A stretch of DNA of 64,000 nucleotides from assembly GCA_963666975.2 (NCBI GenBank), contig CAXVYR010000004.1:768001-832000 (forward strand), read 5' to 3'. This DNA is from Terriglobia bacterium. Lineage in GTDB: Bacteria > Acidobacteriota > Terriglobia > 2-12-FULL-54-10. The position numbers and the translations under genes are program-made. Positions 39,038 to 48,912 of the stretch are shown here, piece by piece; the stretch's first letter is position 1; each line of letters starts with the position of its first letter. The notes below the pieces were generated by a model, which ran no database searches, was not told where the DNA came from, and worked only from the letters and a program-made list of their open reading frames with translations.

Positions 39038-39861
39038 TACAGCACGTCTCCAAAGGCCCTTTTGCTATGACGGAAAAATACTCCTCCCGCGATGAAGGTG
39101 GCCAGCGAGATGGCCGTCAGCAGCGCCAGGTCCATGCCCGAGGGCCAGGTCTCGAGCAGGATGCAACTGCGGTAAGCGCCGACCACTGCGGCGATAGGAT
39201 TGATCCGGGCCAGAAATTGGAGTTGGGAAGGCAGGCGGTCTGCGGTGAAAAAGATGGGCGTGAACCAAAACCAGAAGGTGAGCACAACCGTCAGCACCTG
39301 CGCGATGTCCCGGAGAAAAACATTTAAGCTCGATACCAGCCAGCTGATACCCAGCGTGAAGAGTCCCAGCAGAAGAATGTAGAGCGGCAACAGCACCAGA
39401 AAGACGCTGAGCTTTTGGGTCACCCCCAGCACCACCGCCAGCAGGATCACCATCCCCAGCAGGTGGTTCAGCACGTTCGACAGAAAAATGGCGATCGGGA
39501 TCAACTCGGCGGGAAAGACCGACTTGGTGATCAGGTTGGAGTAATCCACCATGGAGTTAGCCGAGCGCTGCACGGTTTCCTGAAACAGCAGCCAGGGCAG
39601 CAATCCGGCAAACAGGAAGATGGCAAAGTTGGAGGTTCCGGCCTCCGGCCCGAGCCGAACCCGGAAGACTACGGAAAAAACAAAGGTGTAACAGGCCAGC
39701 AGAACCAGCGGTTGAATCAGTCCCCAGAGCCAGCCCATGGAGGAGCCGATGTAGCGTTGTTTGAAGTCGCGGACCACCAGGTTCAGGATCAGCCCGCGTC
39801 GCCGCGCCAAGTTGAGCAGGAAAGTTGAGGCAATTTGCGAAGAGCCGGCCACCAGCGTCAT
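39037..39861 (-). CDS. wzm: Polysaccharide ABC exporter permease
   Basis: RDFKQRYIGS..GWLW..IQP, LITKSVFP, FWFTPIFF, INP. Confidence 0.93.
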   Translation of the reverse strand: MTLVAGSSQIASTFLLNLARRRGLILNLVVRDFKQRYIGSSMGWLWGLIQPLVLLACYTFVFSVVFRVRLGPEAGTSNFAIFLFAGLLPWLLFQETVQRSANSMVDYSNLITKSVFPAELIPIAIFLSNVLNHLLGMVILLAVVLGVTQKLSVFLVLLPLYILLLGLFTLGISWLVSSLNVFLRDIAQVLTVVLTFWFWFTPIFFTADRLPSQLQFLARINPIAAVVGAYRSCILLETWPSGMDLALLTAISLATFIAGGVFFRHSKRAFGDVL

Positions 39862-39972
39862 CGTTCGATCTCCCGCGAAGAGTTTCGCTTAGCCTTTTTA
39901 GCCTGCAATTGCCATCCCCGTCAATAGCAAGGTAGTGGGTCAGTTTCCGTTCGGCACAGCGTCACACGATTT

Positions 39973-40107
39973 GTCAGGGCACGGTTTTAACCGCGCCGTT
40001 AGATGGCCGTCTCCAGAAGGGCTTTAGCCCCTGAGGGAAATCAACCTCAGCGGCTAAAGCCGCTTTTGGGCACCTCGTTATCGGCACGGTTAAAACCGTG
40101 CCCTGAC
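39973..40107. repeat. REPIN-like nested inverted-repeat element
   Basis: Outer GTCAGGGCACGGTTTTAACCGCGCCG / CGGCACGGTTAAAACCGTGCCCTGAC; inner GGCTTTAGCCCCTGAGG / CCTCAGCGGCTAAAGCC. Confidence 0.8.
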
Positions 40108-40409
40108 GTTGAAACTAACCCGCTACCCAATAGCAAGGAGTTCAGGGACTTTTCCCGGCAACATCTTCTGGAATGCAACCTCGTTTGGAATGCACGTTTT
40201 TCAGGCGCGATCCGGGTGAGGGGGTCGCATGAGCTGTTCGCGACAGTTATCGAAGAACTCGTTTCCAGGCGACAGTTTCCGATAAATCGACTTTTCGGGA
40301 TGAGGGGTAGCCAGGGTGAGCGCTTTTTTTCGCCGTGGGTTTTTCCCGAATTTACAAACCCACGGCAAATGGGAACTGCCAATTTACCGTGGCTACCAAC
40401 GGTTGACCG

Positions 40410-40676
40410 GTGGAGGCGCTGATCAGCACGCTGCTCGAAGCCGAATCCATTGCGTATTCGGCCAGCGTCAGCGGCACTTATCTTTCCACCGAGATGTTTC
40501 CGCGCCTCGGGATCGCCGACCAGATCAAGGAAAAGAGCAAGAGAATCCAAAGCGAGCGAGTCGGCGTCGGAGCCAAAGACACGGACGCGGCCAGAGCGCT
40601 CATCCAATTCCTGTCGTCGCCGGCCGCCGTCCCCGCCATCACGAAAAACGGCCTGGAGCCGGTGACATCCCAGTGA
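40410..40676 (+). pseudogene. Remnant of a ModA-like ABC substrate-binding protein
   Basis: LLEAESIAYSASVSGTYL..FPRLGIADQI and AARALIQFLSSPAA..ITKNGLEP; lacks the N-terminus and the middle. Confidence 0.6.
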
Positions 40677-41055
40677 CATTTCCCCGCGACATCTCCCCGT
40701 GACATCTCAGTGAAGCGCTGCCTGACAACCTCATGCAGTTGGCTCATGCAGCCGACGGCTGCGGTGCTGATTACGAGCAGGGATGCCGCCATGCTACTGT
40801 AGCTCCGGTGTCGCTCTGGTGTAGCACTAGTTTAGCTCTGGCGTAGCCCAATCCCGCTGGAAGCCTGTTGAGCCCCTGAATCGCCCAATTCCATAACAAA
40901 ATATATCCTGACGACGACCAAAACAGTCATAATGGACAGGTTCTTGGCGGTCGCGGCGCGGCACGAGCAGGAATGGAGGTTTCGACCCTGTTCCGCCCGA
41001 GCGCCTGAGCCCGAACGCTTAAGAAAGCGAAGGAACGAAAAGGGAGGGATTGAAT

Positions 41056-41565
41056 ATGCAGCCTTTGTATGACCCGGAAGCCGTTCGGCCGATGTGGGAG
41101 GAACTGGCGCAATGTGGTGTCACATCGCTCAAAACGGTTGCTGACGTGGATGGCGTTCTGGCCATGCCTGGAACGGCGCTTGTTGTCGTGAACTCTGTCT
41201 GTGGCTGTGCCGCAGGCTCCGCCCGTCCGGGGGTTACCCACGCGCTCCAAAGCGCGGTCATCCCGGATCACTTGACCACCGTTTTTGCAGGAGTCGACCG
41301 GGAGGCGACCGAGTACGCCCGCGAGCGCATGCCCGAGGTGCAGCCGTCATCGCCGTCAGTCGCCCTGTTCAAGGACGGCAAGCTTGTTTACGCGCTCGAG
41401 CGGCGGCACATCGAGCGCATGAATGTCGATGAGATTGCGGGAGAGCTCGAGAAGGCTTTCCGTCAGCATTGCACCCGCAAGGGGCCATCCGTGCCTCCCG
41501 AGGTTTACGAGGAGGTAGCGCACGCGCGGCAGTGCGGATCGCAGATACCGGGGTTTAGAGGCTGA
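41056..41565 (+). CDS. BrxA/BrxB family bacilliredoxin
   Basis: VVNSVCGCAAGSARPG, TVFAGVDREAT, PSSPSVALFKDG, LERRHIE. Confidence 0.92.
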   Translation: MQPLYDPEAVRPMWEELAQCGVTSLKTVADVDGVLAMPGTALVVVNSVCGCAAGSARPGVTHALQSAVIPDHLTTVFAGVDREATEYARERMPEVQPSSPSVALFKDGKLVYALERRHIERMNVDEIAGELEKAFRQHCTRKGPSVPPEVYEEVAHARQCGSQIPGFRG

Positions 41566-41939
41566 TACCAAGCCGTGGTCACGCGGAAGACAGCGTTCTC
41601 CATACGAAAGAGTTCCCGAGGAGCGGCGTCCTGCCGCCAGGGAGCTTGGTAGTACATTCCGCCGAGCCGGTAGTAGATAGACTCAAAATAACGCTCCCAA
41701 ACGATGTTCCTCGAAATTTCCGGCAGCGATAAGAAAAGTGTTTCTTCGCCTGTCGCGGGGCTATAGAGGCGCAACTCACAACTCGGGGGAGTACACTTCC
41801 CTTCGGAAACCGAGACGTTGCTTAAGTAAAACACTCGGCTGCCGTCATCGCGGCGGTTGTTGCTTGGTCCTTCCGTTGGGTTTGTGCCGGCACACCCGAA
41901 CAGCGACAGAAATAGCAGGATAACTGTCCCTTGCTTCAT
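41505..41939 (-). CDS. Putative lipoprotein, probably truncated
   Basis: MKQGTVILLFLSLFGC lipobox; the 3' end runs into the convergent brx gene. Confidence 0.5.
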   Translation of the reverse strand: MKQGTVILLFLSLFGCAGTNPTEGPSNNRRDDGSRVFYLSNVSVSEGKCTPPSCELRLYSPATGEETLFLSLPEISRNIVWERYFESIYYRLGGMYYQAPWRQDAAPRELFRMENAVFRVTTAWYQPLNPGICDPHCRACATSS

Positions 41940-42053
41940 ATTTCGCATCACCTTTGCTTTGCGGATCAAGAGATTTAGGATAACGCTTCGCTCGCCGGTG
42001 GTGGGACGCCACTTTCTGCTATACTCCCCCAATTGCTGAAAGGGCGGACCTCA

Positions 42054-42818
42054 ATGAACAGAATAGCCGTGGCTGGTGGTCTGGCGTATCTGGTGTTTGG
42101 AATCGCCTTCTTCTTGCCCGCCCGCGCCGCCCAGCAAGTATCGGACGACGAGCCGCGATATTCGGACGGGACAAACCTTATTCTTCCGACCGATTATCGT
42201 GAGTGGCCGTTTCTCGGTTCTGGGCTCGGCATGACGTATGACCCGGCACCCGGTTTACAGTCTTCGGCGCCTCAGATGTTCACAAATGTGTTTGTGAATC
42301 CATCCTCGTATCGTAGTTTCATGCGAACTGGCAAATGGCCGGACAAAACGGTCTTCATCCTTGAATTCCGCGGCTCAAGTAGCGAGGCGTCCATTAACAA
42401 GGCCGGGCGATTTCAGACAGGTCTTCACGGCCTCGAAGCTAATGTGAAAGATTCGCGATTTCCCGATGGGTGGGCATTCTTCAATTTTGGGAACAAAGAT
42501 GTAGCGCAGCCCCTTTCCGGCGAAACCCTTGCTGGATGTGTTGAGTGTCACACGAAGCACACGGCTGTGGAGCGTACATTTGTGCAGTTTTATCCAACAC
42601 ATTTCCCGATGGGTGGGCATTCTTCAATTTTGGGAACAAAGATTAGCGCAGCCCCTTTCCGGCGAAACCCTTGCTGGATGTGTTGAGTGTCACACGAAGC
42701 ACACGGCTGTGGAGCGTACATTTGTGCAGTTTTATCCAACACTCCTTGAGGTTGCTCGCCCATGGGTACACTGAAACCCGGTTTTGAGAATGCCGGGACA
42801 GAGAACCGACCGGATTAA
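42054..42818 (+). CDS. Cytochrome P460 / c'-beta family periplasmic monoheme protein (3' end duplicated and frameshifted in this sequence)
   Basis: Signal peptide; PTDYREWPFLGS, VFVNPSSY, GKWPDKTVFILE, C-terminal CVECH, FVQFYPT. Confidence 0.8.
42458..42742. repeat. Tandem duplication of ~143 bp
   Basis: 42458-42600 is repeated at 42601-42742 with one base missing. Confidence 0.9.
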
Positions 42819-42957
42819 GGGTAGCTTTCCGCCAAGCAAAACCCCTTTCAAGCCAAAAGACCCCATTACCCGCTAGGCTTTCGATGGAACCGCCCAGCGG
42901 GGCCGGTGTATACTGAAAAGTTCATTGGAATTTCTGCTTGGTAATTGGGGAGGACTC

Positions 42958-44271
42958 GTGGGAGAAAACCAGAATGAGGCGCGCATGTCCCGGCATTTGG
43001 CGGAGGTTGACCCGGAGGTTGCCGAGGCCATTGAGCAGGAAACCGAGCGGCAGCATGCTCATTTGGAGCTGATCGCCAGCGAGAACTTTGTCTCCCAGGC
43101 GGTGCTCGATGCCATGGGGTCGGTCTTCACCAACAAGTATGCGGAAGGGTATCCCGGGCGGCGCTACTATGGAGGCTGCGAGTGGGCCGACCGCGTGGAG
43201 AACCTGGCCATTGAGCGCGCCAAGGAGCTGTTTGGAGCCGAGCACGCCAACGTGCAGCCGCACGCCGGCAGCCAAGCCAACATGGCCGCATACGCCGCCT
43301 TGTTGCAGCCCGGCGACATGATCTTCGGCATGGACCTCTCCCACGGCGGACATCTGACTCATGGCCATCCTTTGAACTTTTCCGGAAAAACCTACACCAT
43401 CGTGCCTTACGGCGTCAGCCGGGAGACGGAGACGATTGACTACGACGGCCTGGAGAAGCTGGCGGAAGAGAAGCGTCCCAAGATGATCGTCGCCGGCGCC
43501 ACGGCCTATCCGCGCATCATCGATTTTCCCCGCCTGCGGCAGATCTGCGACCGGGTGGGAGCGCTTTTGCTGGTGGACATGGCCCATTTCGCCGGGCTGG
43601 TGGCGGCCGGAGTCCATCCCAGCCCCGTCCCGCACGCCGATGTCGTCACCACCACCACGCACAAAACGCTGCGGGGCCCGCGCGCGGGCATGATTCTTTG
43701 CAAAACTGAGCACGCCAAGGCGATCAACAAGACGGTCTTTCCAGGAATGCAGGGCGGCCCGCTGGTTCACATGATCGCCGCCAAGGCGGTCTGTTTCCGG
43801 GAGGCGATGCAGCCGGAGTTCCGCGACTACCAGCGGCAGATTGCCGCCAACGCCCGCGCGCTGGCCGATACGCTGATGCAGGAAGGCTTTCACGTGGTCT
43901 CGAACGGAACCGACACGCACCTGATGCTGGTGGATGTGTTTTCCAAAGGCGTCCGCGGCAAGGAGGCCGAGATCGCCTTGCAGAGCGCCCACATGACGGT
44001 GAACCGGAACACCATTCCCTTCGACACCAACCCGCCGCTGAATCCCAGCGGCATCCGCGTCGGCACCCCGGCCGTGACCACCCGCGGCATGAAAGAACCG
44101 GAGATGAAAAAAATCGGCGCGTGGATCGCCGAGGCGCTGCGGAATCCTGCCGATGAGGCGCGGCTCGCCGGGCTTCGCCAGCAGGTGCTGCAACTGGCCG
44201 GGGAGTTTCCTCTTTACCGGTGGCATGTTCCGCAGGTCCGGGGCGCAACCCTCGCGCGAGCCCCGCAGTAA
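42958..44271 (+). CDS. glyA: Serine hydroxymethyltransferase
   Basis: [48 protein letters not shown]; GGAGG RBS before GTG 42958. Confidence 0.98.
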   Translation: MGENQNEARMSRHLAEVDPEVAEAIEQETERQHAHLELIASENFVSQAVLDAMGSVFTNKYAEGYPGRRYYGGCEWADRVENLAIERAKELFGAEHANVQPHAGSQANMAAYAALLQPGDMIFGMDLSHGGHLTHGHPLNFSGKTYTIVPYGVSRETETIDYDGLEKLAEEKRPKMIVAGATAYPRIIDFPRLRQICDRVGALLLVDMAHFAGLVAAGVHPSPVPHADVVTTTTHKTLRGPRAGMILCKTEHAKAINKTVFPGMQGGPLVHMIAAKAVCFREAMQPEFRDYQRQIAANARALADTLMQEGFHVVSNGTDTHLMLVDVFSKGVRGKEAEIALQSAHMTVNRNTIPFDTNPPLNPSGIRVGTPAVTTRGMKEPEMKKIGAWIAEALRNPADEARLAGLRQQVLQLAGEFPLYRWHVPQVRGATLARAPQ

Positions 44272-44338
44272 CAGAGTGTGCCCGCAGCCTGCGGGCATGC
44301 TTGCATTCCACGCACAGTCGCAACCAGGCAGGGCGTTT

Positions 44339-45460
44339 ATGAGGATCGCAATCGACATCCGCAGAATTCAGGACTTTGGTGTCGGCACCTACATTCGCAA
44401 CCTGGTGAAAACGCTTGCCGGCAAGGATAAAAAGAATTACTACATCCTGCTGGGAGACGAAGAAAAAGCCTCCGCCGTTGTCTCCCTGCCGGAAAATTTC
44501 CAGGTTTTGCACTGGGATAAGCCCCGGGATTCTTGGCGGATACACCTGCAGTTGCACCGCTTGCTCCAGGAACATCCCGCCGACGTTTTGCATATCCCTT
44601 ATATGCGGGCTGCTCCCCTGGTGCCTTGCCGGTATGTGATTACCGTTCACGACATCGCTGATTTTTTCTACAACTCCCGCGGGGGCCTGAAGCAGAATCT
44701 GCGGTGGCGAATGGTGCGCCGGGGTTTGGCGCATGCCCGGCACATTATGGCGGTTTCCCATGCCACCAAGAGGGATTTGGAAAACCTGTTTGAGATTCCC
44801 TCCCGGCAGATCACCGTTGTGGAGAATGCCATTGACGAGCGCTTCACCCAGAGCGGCCGCCGGGATGAGCAGCGCCTGATTCTGGAACGATACCAGGTCA
44901 ACTATCCGTTCTTGCTCTACGTAGGCAACGTCAAACCGCAAAAAAATATTCCGCGCTTGATCGAGGCGTTTGCCGTGTTGAAGGGAACGCTGCGGAATCA
45001 CCCCGTCTATCGCGACCTGCGGCTGGTCATCATTGGAGACGAGTTGAGCGAGCACCCCGATCTGCGGCGCACCGTCATTCGGACGCGCGTGCAAAACGAC
45101 GTGCGCTTCCTGGGTTTTGTTCCGGTGGAGACTCTAAGGGTTTTCTACCAGTCGGCGGAGGTTTTTGTATTCCCCTCGCTGTATGAGGGCTTCGGGCTGC
45201 CGCCGCTGGAGGCGATGGCGCAGGGCACGCCCGTGGTGACCTCCAACGTCTCCTCGCTGCCGGAGGTAGTCGGGGAGGCGGCTGTGCTGGTGCACCCGGA
45301 GAATGTTTTCGATATCGCTCGCGGAGTGGAACAGGTGCTGCTGCAGGAGGGACTGCGGGAGGAACTTCGTAGCCGGGGGAAACGGCAACTGGAACGGTTT
45401 AGCTGGGAACGGTCGGTCGAGCGGGTATTGCAGATCTACGCCGCAGCGGCGGAGGGGTAA
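44339..45460 (+). CDS. GT4 family glycosyltransferase
   Basis: MRIAIDIR, YVGNVKPQKN, FPSLYEGFGLPPLEAM. Confidence 0.93.
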   Translation: MRIAIDIRRIQDFGVGTYIRNLVKTLAGKDKKNYYILLGDEEKASAVVSLPENFQVLHWDKPRDSWRIHLQLHRLLQEHPADVLHIPYMRAAPLVPCRYVITVHDIADFFYNSRGGLKQNLRWRMVRRGLAHARHIMAVSHATKRDLENLFEIPSRQITVVENAIDERFTQSGRRDEQRLILERYQVNYPFLLYVGNVKPQKNIPRLIEAFAVLKGTLRNHPVYRDLRLVIIGDELSEHPDLRRTVIRTRVQNDVRFLGFVPVETLRVFYQSAEVFVFPSLYEGFGLPPLEAMAQGTPVVTSNVSSLPEVVGEAAVLVHPENVFDIARGVEQVLLQEGLREELRSRGKRQLERFSWERSVERVLQIYAAAAEG

Positions 45461-45509
45461 TCGCCGTCCGCGCCGGGCACTTCGATGGGAGGAATATCCA
45501 CCCCGTAAC

Positions 45510-46655
45510 ATGCAGTATTTTGAGTTTCGGGTAATCCACCGGGACCGTAACACAAAGGCGCGGACCGGGCTTCTGACGACTCCCCACGGCACGGTGGAGA
45601 CACCGGTCTTTATGCCGGTGGGCACGCTCGGAACCGTCAAGGGTCTGTCGCAGCAAAACCTGGAGGAGCTGGACGCCTCCATCATCCTGGCCAACACCTA
45701 TCACCTCTATCTCCGGCCCGGCCCGGACCTGATCCGGGAGATGGGCGGGCTGCATCGGTTTATTTCCTGGGACCGTCCGATTCTCACCGACAGCGGCGGA
45801 TATCAAGTATTCAGCCTCAGCACGCTCCGGAAGGTCAGCGAGGAAGGGGTGGAGTTTCGCTCGCACCTGGACGGCTCGCTGCATCTTTTGTCCCCCGAGC
45901 GTGTTATGGAGATCCAGGACGCCCTGGGATCGGACATCCGGATGGCGCTGGATGAGTGCACCGAATTCCCGGCCGGGCCGGCGGAGGCGGAAAAGTCGAT
46001 GGAACGGACGCTCCGGTGGGCGGAGCGGTCCAAGCGTGCATGGCAGCGCACGCCCCATTCGGATGGAGAAGGACCGGCGGGAGCTTTATTTGGCATCGTG
46101 CAGGGAGGCACTCACGCGCGGTTGCGCCGTCAATGCGCCTCCCGGCTGGTGGAGATGGATTTGCCCGGCTACGCCATCGGGGGCCTTTCGGTCGGCGAAG
46201 CCCGGCCACAGACCTTGGATATGGTGGCGGCCTCGGAGGAATGCCTGCCGGAGGATAAGCCGCGGTACGTGATGGGCGCAGGACTGCCCGAGGAGCTGGC
46301 CCACTACGTCGCCAGCGGCGTGGATATGATGGATTGCGTGCTGCCCACACGGAACGGCCGCAACGGCTGCTTGTTTACTTCTGAAGGGAAAATAAACATC
46401 CGCCAGGCCCGCTATGCGCGCGACACTCGGCCCGCCGATGAGGCCTGCGGCTGTCCGGTTTGCCGCCGCTATTCCAGGGCCTATTTGCGCCATCTATTCG
46501 TTACGGATGAGATGCTTGGAAGGATTTTGAACAGCTACCATAACGTCTATTTTTATCTTGACACGATGCAAAGGATTCGGCATTCTATCGCGTCCGGTGA
46601 CTTTACTCCTTCCCTTTTTGATTTCAGCTCACGGTTGCGAGGGGACGCTCCGTAA
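45510..46655 (+). CDS. tgt: Queuine tRNA-ribosyltransferase
   Basis: TPVFMPVGT, ANTYHL, TDSGGYQVFS, GIVQGG, DCVLPTR, CGCPVC. Confidence 0.97.
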   Translation: MQYFEFRVIHRDRNTKARTGLLTTPHGTVETPVFMPVGTLGTVKGLSQQNLEELDASIILANTYHLYLRPGPDLIREMGGLHRFISWDRPILTDSGGYQVFSLSTLRKVSEEGVEFRSHLDGSLHLLSPERVMEIQDALGSDIRMALDECTEFPAGPAEAEKSMERTLRWAERSKRAWQRTPHSDGEGPAGALFGIVQGGTHARLRRQCASRLVEMDLPGYAIGGLSVGEARPQTLDMVAASEECLPEDKPRYVMGAGLPEELAHYVASGVDMMDCVLPTRNGRNGCLFTSEGKINIRQARYARDTRPADEACGCPVCRRYSRAYLRHLFVTDEMLGRILNSYHNVYFYLDTMQRIRHSIASGDFTPSLFDFSSRLRGDAP

Positions 46656-46739
46656 CCGATATCAGAGTTGTGGTTCGGGTGTGCGTGCCTGGGAAGGGGA
46701 ATAAAGGGTAATAATAATGGGGAATAAAGGATAATAATA

Positions 46740-47063
46740 ATGAAGTTGGCAACGGCAATTTTTCTTTGGCAGGCAGGGGGGGCGACTAATCCGCTGGTGA
46801 GTTTCCTGCCGATTATAGCGATTTTTGCGATCTTTTACTTCCTCCTGTTCTTGCCGAACCAAAAACGCAAAAAAGAGCAGCAACAAATGTGGGCGGACCT
46901 GAAGAACGGCGACCGGGTCGTCACCAACGGCGGTATTCGGGGTACAATCATAAGTGTTAAGGACGAAGTCGTCGTGTTGCGGGTGCCTCCGGAGCAAGTG
47001 AAATTGGAACTGTCACGCAACGCGGTGGCGGAGAAACAGGCTCCACCCGAGGAACAAAAATAG
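46740..47063 (+). CDS. yajC: Preprotein translocase subunit YajC
   Basis: IFYFLLFLPNQKR, LKNGDRVVTNGGIRG; tgt-yajC-secDF synteny. Confidence 0.95.
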   Translation: MKLATAIFLWQAGGATNPLVSFLPIIAIFAIFYFLLFLPNQKRKKEQQQMWADLKNGDRVVTNGGIRGTIISVKDEVVVLRVPPEQVKLELSRNAVAEKQAPPEEQK

Positions 47064-47172
47064 CAAGACGCTGCTCCAGTTTGTGAGAGGAACCGGCGCG
47101 GGCCGGGAGTGGTTTTGAGCCCCGCCCAGCGAGTCCATTAGGATCTATAGGGTCTATGAGGAAATTCCAGAG

Positions 47173-48789
47173 ATGAACCGTAATTTGTGGAAGAAGGCTG
47201 TTTTTATCGGGGCGGTTGTGCTGGTCTCGATATTCGGAATCATTGGCTTGCCCACTAGTTGGGAATCGTTGCAGGCGAATTTGCAGGATAACATCCGCCT
47301 GGGCCTGGACCTCCGGGGAGGGACGCACTTGGTCCTGCAGGTGAGGGTGAACGACGCCGTCAACGCCGAGACCGACCAAACCATTGAACGCCTGAAAACG
47401 GCTCTCGACCGGGAGCAAATCGATTACGGCGGGATCACTCCCATAACAGCCGCCGACGTGATGGACGACGGCGGAATCCTGGTTCAAGGGATTCCGGTGG
47501 AGCAGGCTGCCGCCTTCCGTGATACCGTCGGGCTCAACGAGCTGAACTGGGCTGTCCGGCAGGTCGAGCCCGGCTCCTACGAAATGACTGTACGAGCTTC
47601 CGCATTGAAGGTTATTCGCGACCAGGCCTTGCGGCAATCCATAGAGACCATACGGAACCGTGTGGATGGTTTAGGTGTCAGCGAGCCTACCATACAGGAG
47701 CGTGGCCGGGGAGAGTATGAAATCCTGGTGCAGTTGCCCGGTGTAAAGGACCCGAACCGTGTGAAAGATATTATACAGACCACGGCCCTGCTGGAAATCA
47801 AAGCGGTGAGAAGCGGCCCGTATCCCTCCCGCGAGGCGGGTTTGGCGCAAAACTCGGGCATTTTGCCGGCCGGCACGGAACTGTTGGAGTCTGCGGTCAA
47901 GACGGAAGGCGCCGGTCCGGACGATGAAGAGTGGTATCTGGTAGCGCGGGCGTCTGTCGTTACCGGCCGGGATTTGCGCAATGCCCGGGTGGGCCGTGAT
48001 GAGAACAACCTTCCGGAAGTCGACTTCACTCTGAGCAGCGACGGCGGTGTCCGGTTCGGCAATTTTACGGAAAATAACATCGGGAACCCCCTGGCGGTCG
48101 TCTTGGACGACAGGATCCAATCCGTCGCGACGATCCAAAGCCGCATCACGGATTCCGGCCGCATCATGGGCAGCTATACCCTGCAAGAGGCCAATGACCT
48201 TGCCTTGGTCCTCCGTGCCGGGGCGCTGCCGGCCTCGATGCGTTATTTGGAGGAGCGCACGGTAGGGCCGTCGCTGGGGGCCGATTCTATCCGGTCCGGC
48301 TTGCTGGCCTCCCTGGCGGGGTTGCTGGGGGTGATCTGCTTTATGTTGATCTATTACCGGCTGGCGGGGATCAACGCCATTGTCGCCCTCCTGCTCAACC
48401 TCATCCTTTTGATGGCGGCGCTGGCCTATGCCGGGGCGACGCTGACTTTGCCGGGGATCGCCGGCGTGATACTCATCATCGGCATGGCCGTGGATGCCAA
48501 TGTGCTGATCTTTGAGCGGATCCGGGAGGAGTTGCGCACCGGCAAGACCGTCGTCTCCAGCGTCGATGCAGGTTTCCACAAGGCGTTTTTAACCATCATC
48601 GACACGAACCTGACGACCCTGATCGCGGCTTTCTTCCTTTTCTTGTTTGGGACCGGCCCCGTGAAGGGTTTTGCTGTCACGCTGAGTATCGGCTTGGTGG
48701 CGAATGTCTTCACAGCCGTTTTTGTTTCCCGGGTGATCTTTGATTATATTCTTTCGCGCAAACCGCGTCAGGCTGCTCTCAGTATTTGA
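47173..48789 (+). CDS. secD: Protein translocase subunit SecD
   Basis: LGLDLRGG, NRVDGLGVSEP, LRAGALPA, VGPSLG, GMAVDANVLIFERIREE. Confidence 0.97.
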   Translation: MNRNLWKKAVFIGAVVLVSIFGIIGLPTSWESLQANLQDNIRLGLDLRGGTHLVLQVRVNDAVNAETDQTIERLKTALDREQIDYGGITPITAADVMDDGGILVQGIPVEQAAAFRDTVGLNELNWAVRQVEPGSYEMTVRASALKVIRDQALRQSIETIRNRVDGLGVSEPTIQERGRGEYEILVQLPGVKDPNRVKDIIQTTALLEIKAVRSGPYPSREAGLAQNSGILPAGTELLESAVKTEGAGPDDEEWYLVARASVVTGRDLRNARVGRDENNLPEVDFTLSSDGGVRFGNFTENNIGNPLAVVLDDRIQSVATIQSRITDSGRIMGSYTLQEANDLALVLRAGALPASMRYLEERTVGPSLGADSIRSGLLASLAGLLGVICFMLIYYRLAGINAIVALLLNLILLMAALAYAGATLTLPGIAGVILIIGMAVDANVLIFERIREELRTGKTVVSSVDAGFHKAFLTIIDTNLTTLIAAFFLFLFGTGPVKGFAVTLSIGLVANVFTAVFVSRVIFDYILSRKPRQAALSI

Positions 48790-48912
48790 ATGAGCAGCAA
48801 AAAAAGAGGGTGCAGGAGCCGGAACTTTTGGCTATAGTACGGTGTCCAAACAAAAGGAGACAGCCCGGCTTCAGGGCGGGTAAAGCAGTTTTCCAGGTCC
48901 AGTAATCGCCAG

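Noticed and set aside
42820-42957. Possible ZTP or glycine riboswitch upstream of glyA
   Set aside because: No recognisable consensus elements.
42922-45094. Long minus-strand ORFs (478 and 456 aa)
   Set aside because: Antisense shadows of glyA and the GT4 gene.
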